Assembly: GCA_035530195.1 (NCBI GenBank)
Contig: DATKVG010000043.1
Span: 1,375 to 65,374, forward strand
DNA length: 64,000 nucleotides
DNA from: Candidatus Bathyarchaeia archaeon
Lineage (GTDB): Bacteria > Hydrogenedentota > Hydrogenedentia > Hydrogenedentales > SLHB01
Direction: 5' to 3'
Below the pieces are notes generated by a model, which saw only the letters and a list, made by a program, of their open reading frames with translations, did no database searches and was not told the origin of the DNA. Shown piece after piece: positions 7,891 to 15,628 of the stretch (position 1 is the stretch's first letter; every line of letters starts with the position of its first letter). The position numbers and the translations under genes were made by a program.

Positions 7891-10211
7891 TGATCATGCG
7901 AACGGTCAATGCAGGCGAGACGCCTGCGCTACACCTTGCCGGGATTATGGCGGTGGCCGTCTTCTTATTTACGGCGTGCGCGGCGGCGCAGGCGGCAAAA
8001 AGGACCACGAGCATCGGTTATGTCTATCCGGCGGGTGTGCAACAGGGCACGACGGTCCAGATACTGGCGGGCGGCCAGGGCCTGCGCGGCGTCAAATCGG
8101 CGCTGGTCTCTCCCGCCGAGGGCATCGAGGCCAGGGTGGTACAGCACTTCAGGCCGCTCAGGAAAATCGATAAAGAGCAGCGGCAGGAACTGACAAGGCG
8201 GTTTAAAGCCGCCTGGGAGAGGCGTCTGGCGGAAGCCAGGGGCGAAACATCCCCTGCCGCCAGTTCTACGGCATGGACGAGTTCCGTCGAGTTGCCGGCG
8301 CACCCGTTGCTACAAGACCTGGACAACCTCAGCCTCCGCGAACTCGGCCACGTCAAGAGCGTGCTCCTTCTGACCGGTAAGCGGCAGCCCAACGCGCAGA
8401 TCGGCGAGATGGTCCTCATCGAGGTCACGGTCGATCCCGCCGCGACGCCGGGCCCGCGCCAGATCCGGCTCCTCGCGCCGTCGGGCCTCACCAACCCGAT
8501 GCGGTTCGAGGTGGGCGCGCTGCCCGAGGCCAGAGAGTACGAACCGAACGACCCGATGGCCAAGACCAATGCGCCGCCCGAGCCCCCGCTCGAGTTGCCC
8601 GTGACGATCAACGGCCAAATCATGCCGGGCGACACGGACCGGTTCGAGTTTGCCGCGCGAAAAGGGCAGCGGCTGGTTATGGGGGCGGAGGCGCGCAGCC
8701 TGGTGCCGTACCTGGCCGATGCCGTGCCGGGCTGGTTCCAGGCGGTGGTCGGCATTTATGACGCGGCCGGGCGGGAAGTGGCGTTTGCGGACGATTTCCG
8801 GTTCGATCCGGACCCGGTGATATTCTTTGACGTGCCGCAGGACGGGACGTACACGCTGGAAATCCGCGACTCGATCTACCGCGGGCGCGAGGATTTCGTT
8901 TATCGGATCCTGGTTGGCGAGCTTCCGTTTGTGACGAGCATTTTTCCGCTTGGCGGGCCTGCCGGCGCGGATGTGAAGGCTTCGGTGGCAGGCTGGAACC
9001 TGCCCGCTGCCAGGTTGGCGCTGGACACGCGGCCCGGAGCCGCTGAAATCCGGCAAACCTCGCTGAACAACGGCCAGATAGTTTCAAATCCGGTCCTCTA
9101 CGCGGTCGACTCGTTGCCGGAGTGCATCGAGGTCGAACCCAATGATGCACAGATGCCACAGACCGTGACGCTGCCGTGCATTATCAACGGCCGGATCAAC
9201 CGGAGCGGCGACGCGGACGTGTTTGAGTTTCAAGCCGCTACGGGTGGCGAGATTGTCGCGGAAGTGATCGCGCGGCGGCTGAATTCGCCGCTGGATTCGG
9301 TGCTTCAACTAATGGACGCCGCCGGCCGCGTCATCGTGATGAACGATGATTGCGAGCAGAAAGGATCGGGGCTGCTAACGCACCACGCGGACTCGTATCT
9401 GCGCGCGACACTGCCCGACGCGGGCCGGTACCGTGTTGCGCTGGCCGATGCGCAGCAGCAGGGCGGCGATGAGTTTGCGTACCGGCTGCGGCTGAGCGCT
9501 CCACGGCCTGACTTTGAACTGCGTGCCACGCCATCGAGCATCAGTATCAACCCCGGGAGCACGGTGGCGCTGACGGTCTATGCGTTGCGCAAAGACGGGT
9601 TTGACGGCGAGATCGAACTCGTGCTGAAAAAGCCGGCCAAGGGGTTCAGGATCAGCGGGGGTAGAGTCCCGGCCAAGCTCGACAAAGTCAGGATAAGCCT
9701 TACGGCGCCGGCCAAACCGCTGGACGAACCCGTGGCGCTGTGTATCGAGGGCCGCGCCAGAATCAACGGGGAGGACGTCGCACGAGAGGCCGTGCCCGCC
9801 GACGACCTGATGCAGGCGTTTGCATACCGGCATCTCGTGCCCGCGCAAGACCTCCTTGTCGCGGTGGCGAAGCGGCGCGCGGCTCAGCCGGTTAGAATTG
9901 GCAGCATGTTGCCGGTGCGCATAACGCCCGGCGGAACCGCGGCTGTGACGGTCACGACGGCGCAGGGCCCCCGGCTTTCCCAGGTTCAACTCCAGCTCAA
10001 CGATCCGCCGAAAGGCTTGGCTCTGGGCGACGTTTCGGTCGTCGACGAAGGGCTGAGTTTTGCGATAAACGCCGACGCGGCAGCCGAGCCGGGTTGTGAA
10101 GACAACCTGATCGTCGACGCGTATCTCAAGCCGGGCGAACAGGCCAAGCCGGACGCCAAGCCAACGTTTATCGGCATACTTCCCGCGATTCCGTTTCAGA
10201 TCACAAAGTAG
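7890..10211 (+). CDS. Secreted protein with two pre-peptidase C-terminal (PPC) domains
   Basis: The ATG at 7890 overlaps the DUF1501 stop (TGATG) and opens a signal/anchor (MIMRTVNAGETPALHLAGIMAVAVFLFTACAAAQA). Two EPND...DxDxFxF PPC-like modules are present (YEPNDPMAK...GDTDRFEFAARKGQ and VEPNDAQMP...GDADVFEFQAATGG). The ORF-track extension to 7266 is an out-of-frame overlap with DUF1501. Confidence 0.75.
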   Translation: MIMRTVNAGETPALHLAGIMAVAVFLFTACAAAQAAKRTTSIGYVYPAGVQQGTTVQILAGGQGLRGVKSALVSPAEGIEARVVQHFRPLRKIDKEQRQELTRRFKAAWERRLAEARGETSPAASSTAWTSSVELPAHPLLQDLDNLSLRELGHVKSVLLLTGKRQPNAQIGEMVLIEVTVDPAATPGPRQIRLLAPSGLTNPMRFEVGALPEAREYEPNDPMAKTNAPPEPPLELPVTINGQIMPGDTDRFEFAARKGQRLVMGAEARSLVPYLADAVPGWFQAVVGIYDAAGREVAFADDFRFDPDPVIFFDVPQDGTYTLEIRDSIYRGREDFVYRILVGELPFVTSIFPLGGPAGADVKASVAGWNLPAARLALDTRPGAAEIRQTSLNNGQIVSNPVLYAVDSLPECIEVEPNDAQMPQTVTLPCIINGRINRSGDADVFEFQAATGGEIVAEVIARRLNSPLDSVLQLMDAAGRVIVMNDDCEQKGSGLLTHHADSYLRATLPDAGRYRVALADAQQQGGDEFAYRLRLSAPRPDFELRATPSSISINPGSTVALTVYALRKDGFDGEIELVLKKPAKGFRISGGRVPAKLDKVRISLTAPAKPLDEPVALCIEGRARINGEDVAREAVPADDLMQAFAYRHLVPAQDLLVAVAKRRAAQPVRIGSMLPVRITPGGTAAVTVTTAQGPRLSQVQLQLNDPPKGLALGDVSVVDEGLSFAINADAAAEPGCEDNLIVDAYLKPGEQAKPDAKPTFIGILPAIPFQITK

Positions 10212-10376
10212 GTGCAGGCGTCTCACCCGCGCCGTCAACGTACCAGCCAATGTCTAAACCACAACCGGCCCGATCTCAACAAGCCAGAAATCATTCCGCT
10301 TAACCTTCAGGCTGAGCTTTCTTCGTTGGCACCAGCCTGTGGTCTGGACGGCGCGGGCGAGACATCTGCGCCTACT
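10207..10376. repeat. 170-bp element bounded by 30-bp imperfect inverted repeats (26/30)
   Basis: The reverse complement of 10207-10236 (agtaggtgcaggcgtctcacccgcgccgtc) matches 10347-10376 (gacggcgcgggcgagacatctgcgcctact) at 26 of 30 positions. The 110-bp interior is AT-richer than its surroundings. Confidence 0.7.
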
Positions 10377-10435
10377 CTTCGATAAAAGGTGCTGCCTGTG
10401 GTAGAGTAAGCCCGCTTTAATCGGGAGTTGTTGTG

Positions 10436-13400
10436 ATGATTGAAAAGCAGTTGGTGGCGGTGCTGGTTTGTGTAGTGGCGTTAGTTTTTCCGGCGGTGGC
10501 CGAGGATTGGCCGACCTACGGGCACGATACGTACAGAAGCGGCACGACGGACGAGCCGATCCAGCCGCCTCTCCACGAGATTTGGCGCTACCGATCTATC
10601 GAGCCGCCGCAGCCCGCATGGCCCGACCCCGCCGTACAGGATTTCGCCGCCAAACCCGTCCGCATTCTCCGTCCCCGCGCAACCTACGACAAGGCGTTTC
10701 ACACGTCGATCTCCGGCGGGCTGGTTTTTTTCGGATCGTCGGCCGACGACCGGGTAGTCGCGCTGGACGCGGGCACCGGCGCGGAACGCTGGTCGTTTGT
10801 AACGGGCGGGCCGGTGCGTTTGGCGCCGGCCGTGGTTGAAGGCCGGGTTTATGCCGGGTCGGACGACGGTTATGTCTATTGCCTGAATGCGGCGGATGGC
10901 GGTCTGATCTGGAAGTACTCGCCGGCGCCGGGCGCGCGATGGATTCCGGGGAATGGGCGGATCATCTCGGCGTGCCCGGTTCGCACGGGCGTTGCCGTGA
11001 AAGACGGGACAGTGTATTTCGGTGCGGGGCTGTTCCCGGAAGAGGGCGTGTATCTCTGCGCGCTTGACGCGCGGAGCGGGCGCGAGATTTGGAAGGTTTC
11101 ACCCGACCCGATGGATTTTATCCGGAGTTTCTCGTCGGAGAAAGCCGGCCGGCGGTTTGCATTATCGCCGCAAGGCTACCTGCTGGCATCGGACCGCAAG
11201 CTCTACATCCCGACCGGCAGGACCTCGCCTGTGGCCGTCAATTTCGCGACGGGCGAGATAGAAGGCATGCTCGAATGCCCCGGCGGCGAGGGCGGGACCT
11301 ACGCGCTGCTGACAAGCGACACGATCGTTTCCGGCCCCGGCACGCGGCTGTCGGCGTTTGACGCGGGCACGCAGGAGCCGGTGGCGACGTTTCCTGGGCG
11401 CTGCATCCTCGTCCAGGGCGAGACGTCGTACCTGCTGTCGGACGAATGGGTCGCCGCGCTCGATAGGGCCAAGTACCGCGAAAACGTGGCGCGCCAAAAC
11501 GGCCTGCGAAAGCAGCGAAGGAGGTTGCGCGACGCCATCAAGACTATGGCCGAAACGGAGCAAGCCGCGGCAACCCAGGAGTTGGCCGGCGTTGAAAAGG
11601 CCATGAAGGAGTTGCGTGGCAGCGAATACGCGTGGCGGAAACCGTGCCCGGAGTCGTATGCGATGATGCTGGCGGGGAACCGGTTAATCGTGGGATCGGA
11701 AAATGAGGTGCGGGCGCTCAGGACTTCCGACGGCGAGACGGCGTGGTCGGCGCCGGTCGACGGCAAGGCCTATGGGCTCGCGGCTGCGGATGGCAGATTG
11801 CTTGTCAGCACCGACACCGGCGCGATCCATTGTTTCGCCGCTGGACCGGCCCCCGTCTCCGCGCCATCCACGCCGCCGGCGCGCCCTGTGGCAGCCCCCG
11901 ATGTTTCCGCGGCCGCTTCGTTTGTCATCAAGACGGCGGGTGGCCGGCGAGGCTACTGCCTTGATCTCGGCTGCCAAACCGGCGCGCTGGGTCTCGAGAT
12001 CGCGCGAGACTCCGGCCTGAGAGTCGTGGCGGTTGATGATGAACAACCCGTCTCACGAATGCGGGCCGAGCTGGCTGGAACCGGCCTCTACGGCACCAAG
12101 GTAGCCGCGATAGCGTCCCCGCTCGATCGGCTGCGGTTCACCGACTACATCGCCGACGTGATTGTCTCCGAACGCGCGCTGCCCAACGGCTGTCCTCCGT
12201 TCGCGCCCGAAGAGGCGGCGCGTCTGCTTCGCCCGCGCACCGGCGTCCTGTTCGTCAAATACACGCCCGAGACGGCCGCCGCCGTCAAAGATTGGACTGG
12301 GAAACTGGCCGGCTGCGACATCATCATTGATGACGGCCTGTGGCTGGTGTTGCGGCGCGGCCCGCTCCCCGGCGCCGGCGAGTGGACCCACCAATACGCC
12401 GACCCCGGCAACTCGGGGTGCAGCGGCGACACCATCGTCTCGGCGCCGGCGCGGTTGCAGTGGTTTGGCCTGCCCGGCCCGCGACCCATGGTCGACCGGC
12501 ACCATCGCGCCATGCCGCCGCTGGTAAAGAACGGCCGGATGTTCGTACCCGGCGACAATTGCATCATTGCAGCCGACGCCTACAACGGGACGCCGCTGTG
12601 GGAACTCGAGACGCCCAACAACCGGCGGCTGGCAAACCCGCGCGACTCGGGCCACATGGCCGCGGCCGGCGATCTGCTCTATGTCGCGGTGCACGACGAA
12701 TGCTGGGTGCTCGATGCGGCAACCGGCAAACGCGTGGCGACGTACCAGGCGCCACAGTTGGCCGGCGACGAAAAGCGCAATTGGGGTTATGTCGCGGTCG
12801 TCGGCGATTTCCTGCTCGGCAGCGGCCAGAGACCCGACGCTTCTTACACGACGATGAGCAAGCTGGGCGATTTCGAGATCCAGTGGGGCGATTTCAAACG
12901 GTTACTCACGAGCGACTACCTTTTCTGCATGGACAGACGCACGGGAAAGGTACTGTGGTCGCGGGGCGGCGGGCTGTTCATTCATTCGGCTATTGCTGCG
13001 GGCGCAGGGCGCCTCTATTTCATCGAGAGCCACAGCCGGACCGCTGTCCGCGACCGGAACGGCCGAAGCAACCTCGAAGTCCTGTGGGACAACGCCCCGA
13101 CGATGTTGGCTCTCGATCTGGCGACGGGAAAACCGGCGTGGGAGATCGCGGTCGACTTCTCGTTATGCCAGCACATCATTTACCTCAGCTACGCCAATGA
13201 CACGCTGCTCGTCACGGGCTCGGGCAACCGCGAGGGCCGGGCGTGGTACTACCTGTACGGATTCGACGCGGCCACGGGCACACCGCTGTGGCAAGCCAAC
13301 CACCCCAACAACAAACGCGGGATCGGTGGCGACCACGGCGAACAAATCCACCACCCCGTCGTCGTCGGCGACATTGTCTACGCAGAGCCCGTGGCATACG

Positions 13401-13708
13401 CGCTGCGCACCGGCGTGCGCGTCGACCCTTCCGGTGCGCCGGCCGACTGGGAGATGGAGAAGCGGGAAGGTTGCGGCACGGTCTCGGCTTCGGCACGCTG
13501 CCTTTTGTACCGTGACGGCCATCCGTGCGTGCAGAACCTTCAACCGGAAGGCCCACGCACGAAGCTGAACCACATCACGCGGCCCGGGTGCTGGATTAAC
13601 GCCATTCCCGCGGGCGGGCTCATCCTGATTCCCGAAGCGAGTTCCGGCTGCTCCTGCCCATACCCGCTGCAAACGTCGCTGGCGTACGTGCCCGCCGCAA
13701 AGCAGTAG
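10436..13708 (+). CDS. PQQ/BamB-like beta-propeller repeat protein with a central class-I methyltransferase-like insert
   Basis: Signal peptide followed by repeated ...G.VY.GS.DG.VYALDA.TG...W... propeller blades. The central segment GYCLDLGCQTGALGLEIARDSGLRVVAVDD resembles SAM-MTase motif I, with GCQTG in place of GxGxG. Confidence 0.7.
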   Translation: MIEKQLVAVLVCVVALVFPAVAEDWPTYGHDTYRSGTTDEPIQPPLHEIWRYRSIEPPQPAWPDPAVQDFAAKPVRILRPRATYDKAFHTSISGGLVFFGSSADDRVVALDAGTGAERWSFVTGGPVRLAPAVVEGRVYAGSDDGYVYCLNAADGGLIWKYSPAPGARWIPGNGRIISACPVRTGVAVKDGTVYFGAGLFPEEGVYLCALDARSGREIWKVSPDPMDFIRSFSSEKAGRRFALSPQGYLLASDRKLYIPTGRTSPVAVNFATGEIEGMLECPGGEGGTYALLTSDTIVSGPGTRLSAFDAGTQEPVATFPGRCILVQGETSYLLSDEWVAALDRAKYRENVARQNGLRKQRRRLRDAIKTMAETEQAAATQELAGVEKAMKELRGSEYAWRKPCPESYAMMLAGNRLIVGSENEVRALRTSDGETAWSAPVDGKAYGLAAADGRLLVSTDTGAIHCFAAGPAPVSAPSTPPARPVAAPDVSAAASFVIKTAGGRRGYCLDLGCQTGALGLEIARDSGLRVVAVDDEQPVSRMRAELAGTGLYGTKVAAIASPLDRLRFTDYIADVIVSERALPNGCPPFAPEEAARLLRPRTGVLFVKYTPETAAAVKDWTGKLAGCDIIIDDGLWLVLRRGPLPGAGEWTHQYADPGNSGCSGDTIVSAPARLQWFGLPGPRPMVDRHHRAMPPLVKNGRMFVPGDNCIIAADAYNGTPLWELETPNNRRLANPRDSGHMAAAGDLLYVAVHDECWVLDAATGKRVATYQAPQLAGDEKRNWGYVAVVGDFLLGSGQRPDASYTTMSKLGDFEIQWGDFKRLLTSDYLFCMDRRTGKVLWSRGGGLFIHSAIAAGAGRLYFIESHSRTAVRDRNGRSNLEVLWDNAPTMLALDLATGKPAWEIAVDFSLCQHIIYLSYANDTLLVTGSGNREGRAWYYLYGFDAATGTPLWQANHPNNKRGIGGDHGEQIHHPVVVGDIVYAEPVAYALRTGVRVDPSGAPADWEMEKREGCGTVSASARCLLYRDGHPCVQNLQPEGPRTKLNHITRPGCWINAIPAGGLILIPEASSGCSCPYPLQTSLAYVPAAKQ

Positions 13709-13750
13709 ATTCGACCTGACTTTGGCCGACGTCGGGAGCGTTGGGATCGG

Positions 13751-13877
13751 CCCGTGGTCTGGATGGCGCGGGGTTACAAAAACCGCGCCTGCGTTTGTGC
13801 ATCAAAGAAAGCTTGCTTTGTGAACCCCTGTGTTCGTCTGGTACAAGGCGCGGTCTTCCAGCCCGCGCCGTCCAGCC
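13751..13877. repeat. Pair of GC hairpins between convergent genes; the left one shares a 22-nt box with 10336-10357
   Basis: GGCGCGG-N11-CCGCGCC (13765-13789) and GGCGCGG-N9-CCGCGCC (13847-13869). The outer arms ggtctggatggcgcgggg and cccgcgccgtccagcc are complementary. cccgtggtctggatggcgcggg versus cctgtggtctggacggcgcggg at 10336 has 2 mismatches. Confidence 0.6.
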
Positions 13878-13925
13878 GCAAAGAAGCCCATTGGATCAAC
13901 AGATTCTGAACAGCTCCGTACCGCC

Positions 13926-15509
13926 TTATTCGACAACAACGATCTTGCCGCCGTGCTCGTGGAGGGGGTAGCGCAGGAAGATGAGGAACGCGGCGACGGC
14001 GGAGACTGCGCCGAGGACGGCCATCAACTTGAGGCCAAACGGCGTGGCGGATCTTACGGGCTCGGGGCGGGCGTGCCCCTGAACGTCGCCCCACGTCAGC
14101 TTGTACGGGCCGGGTGCGAGACCTTCGAGCAGGGTGGCGCCGGCTCCCTGGCGGGTGTACCCTGCGGGGCCTTCGAGCGTCCACGGTGCGGGCAGGCCCT
14201 CCGGCAGGACGTCGATGCGGACAACGCCGGGCGGCGCGGGCTTGTGCGCGGACGGTACAGCATCGGGCGCGCCTGCGCGGAAATACGAGCCGGTGAAGAC
14301 GACGCCGGCGGTTTCCTGGAGTTGCTGGATGCCTTCGCCGCCGAGGTACGCGACAAACGTGAACACCAGCACGCTGATGCCGATGCTGATTTTCTGAAAA
14401 ATGCCCTGTACGCCGAGGAAAATGCCCTCGCGGCGCCGGCCGGTGAGCGTTTCGTCGTAGTCGACGACGTCGCCGAGTACGGCAAACGGCAGCACCATGA
14501 AGCCGGCGGCCGGCGCACCGTACGCAGAAAGGATCAGGGTGCTCTGGATCAGGTCGCTGCCGATTCCCAGCCGGCCCACGAACAGCAGCATCACCATCAC
14601 AATCCCGCTGCCGAGAAACGTGATCAGCATCGCGCGATATTTACCAATCCTGCCCGCGAGATAGTTGAACACGAAGAAAAACACAAGGTTCATGAGAAGA
14701 AACGGCGCCATTATGAGCGTGACGGTGTCTTCGCCGCGGCCCAGGACGGAACTCACCCAGTGCGGTACCATGACGATGATCGTGTTAAGCCCGAACCAGT
14801 AGATGGCGACGGCGGCGGCCAAATACCGGAACGGCTTGTTGCGCAATGCGAGCAGGGTGCTTTCGATCATGCCGAGCGGGGGGCCGTCGTGCTGATCGGG
14901 CCGCGGCTTTTCTTTTATGAAATAGCTCGCCGGCAGGAATGACAGGATGATGATGACCGCGGCGCCGCCGGCTAGGGCGTGCCAGCCGAATTTCTGCAGC
15001 ACCACGCCGGCCGCCGCAAACAGGAACGTGCTCACCATCAGGAACACGGACTGCACGGTCGTGAGATCGACGCGCTCTTTGAGGTCGGTGGTGATTTCCG
15101 GAATAAGTGCGAGGTACGGGGTGATGATGATGCCGTACAGCACAAAGTAGGCCGGCACGAGCACGAGCACGTACGCCGCGTTGAGCCAGTGCATGTGGTC
15201 GACGGGTGGCGTAAACAACAGAAAAAACACCACGGCAAACGGGATCAGCCCAAGCCGCATGAACGGCAGCCTACGGCCCCACCGCGACCGGCACATGTCG
15301 CTCCAGTGGCCGATGGGCGACGCGCTGAGGGCCTCAATGACGCGCGCAAACAAGTAGATGCCGCCCATCAGGGCTTTGGGGATGAGGTGGGGCCGGTCGG
15401 ACGGCACGTACCGGACCAGCAGCCATTGCAGCACGATCAGGTCGGGCAGGTTCATGGTGAGCGCGCCCATGCCGTAGAAGATTTTCCGGCTCAGCGGCAG
15501 TTGCGCCAT
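13926..15509 (-). CDS. GPH/MFS-family glycoside-cation symporter-like transporter with a ~100-aa insert before the last TM
   Basis: MelB/GPH-like N-terminus (KIFYGMGALTMNL...). About 12 hydrophobic segments. A non-membrane segment at aa ~391-490 precedes the final TM helix. Confidence 0.75.
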   Translation of the reverse strand: MAQLPLSRKIFYGMGALTMNLPDLIVLQWLLVRYVPSDRPHLIPKALMGGIYLFARVIEALSASPIGHWSDMCRSRWGRRLPFMRLGLIPFAVVFFLLFTPPVDHMHWLNAAYVLVLVPAYFVLYGIIITPYLALIPEITTDLKERVDLTTVQSVFLMVSTFLFAAAGVVLQKFGWHALAGGAAVIIILSFLPASYFIKEKPRPDQHDGPPLGMIESTLLALRNKPFRYLAAAVAIYWFGLNTIIVMVPHWVSSVLGRGEDTVTLIMAPFLLMNLVFFFVFNYLAGRIGKYRAMLITFLGSGIVMVMLLFVGRLGIGSDLIQSTLILSAYGAPAAGFMVLPFAVLGDVVDYDETLTGRRREGIFLGVQGIFQKISIGISVLVFTFVAYLGGEGIQQLQETAGVVFTGSYFRAGAPDAVPSAHKPAPPGVVRIDVLPEGLPAPWTLEGPAGYTRQGAGATLLEGLAPGPYKLTWGDVQGHARPEPVRSATPFGLKLMAVLGAVSAVAAFLIFLRYPLHEHGGKIVVVE

Positions 15510-15580
15510 CCCACTACTCCAGTTTGCCCGTTACGATGGGAACCATACAGGAAAATGGCGAGGGAAGGCAATGGGCTGCC

Positions 15581-15625
15581 TGGACACTGTGGACATGGTG
15601 GACATAGTGGACGGAGTGGACACGG
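15581..15625 (-). repeat. 5 x 9-bp exact-period tandem array, NNNN-GTCCA on the sense (minus) strand
   Basis: The plus strand reads tggacactg tggacatgg tggacatag tggacggag tggacacgg, with GGAC at 15582, 15591, 15600, 15609 and 15618. Confidence 0.9.
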
Positions 15626-15628
15626 CGT

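Noticed and set aside
13830-14942. 370-aa plus-strand ORF
   Set aside because: It is antisense to the GPH transporter, whose 12-TM pattern is clear. The plus-strand translation is Arg/Gly/Asp-rich without motifs.
15581-15625. Considered whether the short tandem arrays (also 47654-47718, 6520-6550, 40541-40567 and 43055-43111) could be CRISPR arrays
   Set aside because: The units are 9-16 bp with no unique spacers between them, and no cas genes are present. This is far below CRISPR repeat/spacer dimensions.
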